Shown one piece after another: positions 37,301-40,504 of a DNA stretch of 40,504 bases. Within the stretch, counting starts at the first letter, position 1; each line of letters starts with the position of its first letter. A model generated the notes under the pieces. That model ran no database searches, was not told the DNA's origin, and worked only from the letters and a program-made list of their open reading frames with translations. A program made the position numbers and the translations under genes. The stretch spans positions 44,980-85,483 of the forward strand of contig JBNGDF010000010.1 in NCBI GenBank assembly GCA_049975265.1, read 5' to 3'. Source of the stretch: Fidelibacterota bacterium (GTDB taxonomy: Bacteria; Fidelibacterota; UBA2242).

Positions 37301-37550
37301 TCCCGTCGGGTTTCGTCTTGGCAATGATTCTTTCAACGAATTCGGCATTGACCGGTAAAAAGTAGACCTCATCCGCCAGGTCTTCCGACGTCTGGATTGT
37401 GGCGATATTGGGATTGACCAGAATCGTGTAAATGCCCTCTTCCTTCAGCGCTTTGATCGCCTGACTGCCGGAATAATCGAATTCCCCGGCTTCGCCGATT
37501 TTCAGAGCGGCGCTACCGAGAATGATGACTTTTTTAATTGATTGATCCAT
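34362..37550 (-). CDS. carB: Carbamoyl-phosphate synthase large subunit
   Basis: GEFDYSGSQA, NPNIATIQT, GIHTGES, EVNARLSRSSALASKATG, NPETVSTDYD, RPSYVLSG, MGS domain. Confidence 0.98.
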   Translation of the reverse strand: MDQSIKKVIILGSAALKIGEAGEFDYSGSQAIKALKEEGIYTILVNPNIATIQTSEDLADEVYFLPVNAEFVERIIAKTKPDGILLSFGGQTALNTGLELNRRGVFRKYNVRVLGTPIETILGTEDRHLFIDKLNEIGVKTARSATAETVTEAIDIAANIGYPVMVRIAFALGGLGSGICNNEEELAQKVGKALTYTNQVLIEEYLLGWKEIEYEVMCDRYSNCISICNMENFDPMGIHTGESIVVAPSQTLSNHDCHKMRTLAIKTIRHLGIVGECNIQYAYHPESDDYRVIEVNARLSRSSALASKATGYPIAFIAAKLALGFGLHELKNSITQITSAFFEPALDYCVVKIPKWDLKKFRRVSKLIGSGMKSVGEIMAIGRNFEEALQKGLRMLESGAKGLVANKRPAFDNLEKALQEPTDERIFAIAEAIKQGFSITKIYELTHIDRWFIYKIQNIVYIEEQLAQTGQQIPADLLKTAKQAGFSDEQIAIVTRQNPADIRKLREEYQIFPRIRQIDTMAAEYPAKTNYLYLTYHADRHDLKQFDPNTVFILGSGAYRIGSSVEFDWSCVNTGKTLRKLGYATVMVNYNPETVSTDYDEVDYLIFDEISLESVTEIYRMFNPIGVIVSVGGQIPNNLALKLHKQGIRILGTSPESIDRAENRRHFSDLLDRLDIDQPLWKELTSIEEARQFAREHQYPVLIRPSYVLSGAAMAVASNDEELETYLKKAVTLSPEYPTVISKFLENAKEIEVDAVAQNGEIIAYAISEHVENAGVHSGDATLVFPPQRTYLETIRQVRSISKKIAKALNINGPFNIQFIAKNNQVKVIECNLRASRSFPFISKVLKKNFIDMATRVIMRVPVQKWSSSSFELDYVGVKAPQFSFMRLQGADPTLGVEMASTGEVACIGENFDEAFLKALLSVGYKLPFKSVLLSTGPIASKAELLEGVRFLSRSGIQLYATEGTAGFLKINQIPVQTLHWPLDKTSPNCVEYISNGKIDLVINIPKNYQNEELTNGYLIRRAAVDYNVMLITNRQIAMRFIESIMHGTHERLEIRSWQEYS

Positions 37551-37574
37551 TCATAAATCCAATGTTAATGATCA

Positions 37575-37648
37575 GGTTAATTAATTAACCACTGAGAACG
37601 CCGAAACAAATTATTATGTCAACTCTGTGCTCTCTGTGCCTCTGTGGC
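37575..37648. repeat. Degenerate ACCAC.GAG...CTCTGTG-type intergenic repeat with an adjacent perfect 16 bp palindrome
   Basis: GGTTAATTAATTAACC, then CCACTGAG..(CTCTGTG)x3..GC between carA and carB. Confidence 0.55.
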
Positions 37649-37655
37649 AATATTA

Positions 37656-38714
37656 TCACAGCATTTCAATAAACTTATCAAAAATGAAATCGGCATCCTC
37701 CGGACCGGAAGAGGCTTCCGGGTGAAACTGGACACTCAGAAAGCGCCCGGATTCGTGAATAATGCCTTCATTCGTTTTGTCATTGAGATTACGAAACCAG
37801 GGTGACCAGTCATCGGGCAGGGTTTCGTCATTCACCGCATAGCCGTGATTTTGGGACGTAATCATACCGTTATTCGTGCCCACTTCACAGACCGGCTGAT
37901 TTTGTCCGTGGTGTCCGTATTTTAGTTTGTAGGTATCGGCACCCACTGCCAATGCCAGCATCTGGTTTCCGAGACAGATGCCAAAGGTCGGAATATTATT
38001 AGCAAGGGCATATTTGGCGCTTGCTACCGGCTGGCGACACTCTTTCGGATTGCCGGGACCATTGGAGATCAGCAGACCGTCGAAGTCATGGCGACTGATA
38101 TTCGTATCCCAGGGCAGCCGCAACACCTCGACACCCCGACGAAGCAAATGCCGGATAATGCTGAGTTTACAGCCGCAGTCCAGCAACGCCACCCGCTTTT
38201 TACCCTTGCCCATGGTCGTCACTTCAGCGGGGCTGACCTTCTGAACGACGTTTTCATGATTCGGGTCGTAAAAGTCAATATCCCGGTCCATGATAATTTT
38301 CCCCAGCATGCTGCCTTTATCCCGCAGGGTCTGGGTCAGATGACGGGTGTCAATGCCGGTCAGCGCGGGAACATTCGCCGCTTTCAGCCAATCGGAGAGG
38401 CTCCGTTCCGCCTGCCAATGACTGTATTTGACGGAATATTCCGAAACAATCAGACCAGAAACCTGCACCCGGTGTGATTCAAAAAAGCCGTCCTCCACGG
38501 CAAAGTTATTTTTTGGCACACCGTAATTTCCGATCAGAGGGTAAGTGAAAACCAGGATTTGTCCGTAATAGGAAGGGTCGGTCAGGCTTTCCGGATAGCC
38601 CACCATACCGGTGTTAAAGACCACCTCACCGGCAGCAGAAACGTCCGCACCGAAGGACTGCCCCGAAAATTCAGTCCCATCTTCCAAAACGAGTTTGGGT
38701 TGTATCTTTGCCAT
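37656..38714 (-). CDS. carA: Carbamoyl-phosphate synthase small subunit
   Basis: GEVVFNTGMVGY..TDPSY.GQI, SNGPG, GICLG, SQNHG, QFHPE. Confidence 0.98.
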   Translation of the reverse strand: MAKIQPKLVLEDGTEFSGQSFGADVSAAGEVVFNTGMVGYPESLTDPSYYGQILVFTYPLIGNYGVPKNNFAVEDGFFESHRVQVSGLIVSEYSVKYSHWQAERSLSDWLKAANVPALTGIDTRHLTQTLRDKGSMLGKIIMDRDIDFYDPNHENVVQKVSPAEVTTMGKGKKRVALLDCGCKLSIIRHLLRRGVEVLRLPWDTNISRHDFDGLLISNGPGNPKECRQPVASAKYALANNIPTFGICLGNQMLALAVGADTYKLKYGHHGQNQPVCEVGTNNGMITSQNHGYAVNDETLPDDWSPWFRNLNDKTNEGIIHESGRFLSVQFHPEASSGPEDADFIFDKFIEML

Positions 38715-38878
38715 TTTTGGTCACCATTTCAATGATTGTTTGGATTATCGTAAATGTTGGGATTTAATTTAAGATTATTTCGGATAATTGCGAATTAAAA
38801 ATTCGGTATTACCGATCTAAATCCGGCTGCCCGACTCGTCTTTTTCATGGGGGCTGGAGCAATTATCAGGGCGTGGCG

Positions 38879-40075
38879 CTAATCAGGAATTACCCAGATG
38901 TTATCTTTCGAGACCACTTCCTGATCATCGAGAAATACCCGCCGACCGGCGCCGCCTTTTCTGAAATCCACCACTATATCCACATGCTGAGAGGATTTGT
39001 TCAGGATACCGGCATCAGTGAATGCCTGCAGTTTCTCCTTCGCCGTCGTGGAATCCGGATCGTCACCATAACAATCGGGGTAACTTTCACCGATGGCGAT
39101 ATGCATTGTACCGCCCACTTTTTCTACAAACAGCGGATGTTTCAGAGCGACGGTCAACCCCTGGTTCATACCGAATGCCACCTCGCCGATCCGGTGGGAA
39201 CCGTCGTCGGTTTCGATGATGCTTTTCAGGGTATCGTAACCCTGCTCGGCGGAATAATCCACGATCCGCCCTTTTTCCAGTTTCAGATAAATGCCCTGAA
39301 TGGTGACACCGTTGTAATAGACCGGCAGATCAACAAAGATTTCGCCTTCAGGGGAATTGGCGTCCGGGCTGGTATAGACCTCTCCGTCAGGGAAATTGCG
39401 CTCGCCGAAACATTTGACCGGAAAACGATCGGTAATATCCATAGTCAGAGTCAATAATCTGCCGGTCTGCGGATGCCCGGTTTCTATGCGCACGGTGTGA
39501 CTCTTTCCCATCAGCTCTGCCAGCGGTGTCTCGTTTGCTTCCAGCAATTGCGGATCGGTCAGCGAGGTCCCGACAACGATTTTGGTGTATTCCTCCAGGC
39601 TCATCCCCTCCATTTCGGCAAATGCCGGGGTCGGAAACAGGGTCAGCACCCAGGGTTTACTCAGCCGAATCTGCTTAAAGGGCTGATCGGCTTTCATCAG
39701 CGCCTGCGCCGGCATCTCCGGCAGATTGGCAAAGAGCTCCGGCGCTTCCGAACCGAGAATCTCGATATATTTCGTCATTGCCTCATAGCGCTCGCGGTGC
39801 CAGTCGGGAACGCGGTTGATCTGCTCGATTGTTCCATATTTTACGATCGAAGCGCCCCAGACCTGCCCCCGGTTATTATCCGGCGGAACCATGCAGATAT
39901 CGGCGATGGCGCCGGCGGCGAAGATTTTATCCTGCAACACTGACATCAGTTGCCAGGTAATGTGTTCACCCTTGACCATGACGACATCTTCCGGGAAAAT
40001 ACCGCCCAATGAGTGATTTAATAAATAATCCGCCCAGGTTTCAAGTTCATGTTTACCGATAATGTTCGAATTCAT
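38879..40075 (-). CDS. M29 (AmpS/AmpT-type) aminopeptidase
   Basis: NFPDGEVYTSP, TD.G..RIGE.AFG, EK..GT.HIAIG.SY, N.S..HVD. Confidence 0.9.
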   Translation of the reverse strand: MNSNIIGKHELETWADYLLNHSLGGIFPEDVVMVKGEHITWQLMSVLQDKIFAAGAIADICMVPPDNNRGQVWGASIVKYGTIEQINRVPDWHRERYEAMTKYIEILGSEAPELFANLPEMPAQALMKADQPFKQIRLSKPWVLTLFPTPAFAEMEGMSLEEYTKIVVGTSLTDPQLLEANETPLAELMGKSHTVRIETGHPQTGRLLTLTMDITDRFPVKCFGERNFPDGEVYTSPDANSPEGEIFVDLPVYYNGVTIQGIYLKLEKGRIVDYSAEQGYDTLKSIIETDDGSHRIGEVAFGMNQGLTVALKHPLFVEKVGGTMHIAIGESYPDCYGDDPDSTTAKEKLQAFTDAGILNKSSQHVDIVVDFRKGGAGRRVFLDDQEVVSKDNIWVIPD

Positions 40076-40160
40076 TTTTACTCCCTTCTGTCCGCCGTAA
40101 AATACAAACCGGCAGCGGTGATGTCAACATAACCGGGAATAAATCCAAACGGGATTGACC

Positions 40161-40504
40161 AACCTTCCGAAGGTCGTTTGAATCATCCTGCACCGGTCTG
40201 AATGGCTCCGTGAGACCTTCGGAAGGTTGAATGCTGACCGCGCACCCCAATGCAACTCCGAGCGTAACAACGAGGATAGATAAACCTTCCGAAGGTCATT
40301 TGAATTACTCTACCCTGGTCTGGATTGTTCTGTCAGACCTTCGGAAGGTTGAATGATGACCGCACCCCAATGCAACTCCGAGCGTAACAACGAGAATAGA
40401 TAAACCTTCCGAAGGTCGTTTGAATTACTCTGCACCGGTCCGAATGGCTCCGTCAGACCTTCGGAAGGTTGAATGATGACCGCACCCCAATGCAACTCCG
40501 AGCG
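40161..40504. repeat. Tandem array (about 120 bp unit, nearly 3 copies, runs off the window) of REP-like doublets, BIME/REPIN-like
   Basis: Palindrome centres at 40168, 40221, 40290, 40343, 40410 and 40463, alternating C/G; each pair forms a perfect 15 bp inverted repeat AACCTTCCGAAGGTC..GACCTTCGGAAGGTT; the linkers are also repeated. Confidence 0.92.

Noticed and set aside
40053..40495. Minus-strand ORFs encoding QPSEGLTE repeats
   Set aside because: A by-product of the 120 bp period; the frame is broken by a stop and a 2 bp indel between units, and there is no SD.
40161..40504. CRISPR array
   Set aside because: The sequences between palindromes are themselves repeated rather than unique spacers, the orientation alternates, and there are no cas genes in the window.

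Overview
A ~40.5 kb bacterial chromosomal window, probably from an anaerobic FCB-group organism (Marinimicrobia/KSB1/Calditrichota-like; inferred from gene content only). Recognisable genes: GT4 glycosyltransferase, TPR lipoprotein, beta-propeller/PAS histidine kinase with an NtrC-type regulator, RmlC-like epimerase, nicotinamidase, REC-PPDK_N protein, mtgA-like transglycosylase, gdhA, a HydC/HydB/GltD-fusion (Stn-like) flavin-FeS operon, PspC protein, nfi, GATase, MBL-fold hydrolase, blaI plus M56-TonB, carB, carA and an M29 aminopeptidase. The standout is an 8 kb operon (9806-17777) of uninterrupted but extremely diverged complex I homologues in the order A-D-H-J-K-L-M-N. It lacks NuoB, C, I and E/F/G, and by visual alignment has lost the quinone-site residues and most proton-pumping Glu/Lys residues. 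It nevertheless keeps a near-consensus promoter and tight gene junctions, so it is a candidate repurposed 'pseudo-complex I'. A family of AACCTTC-N-GAAGGT(T/C) palindromes occurs as 52-53 bp-spaced doublets: inverted copies bracket the blaI/M56-TonB cassette, a 120 bp tandem array runs off the right end, and a degenerate copy sits at the breakpoint of an orphan T9SS-type C-terminal domain. All homology calls come from motif recognition by eye; no searches were run.
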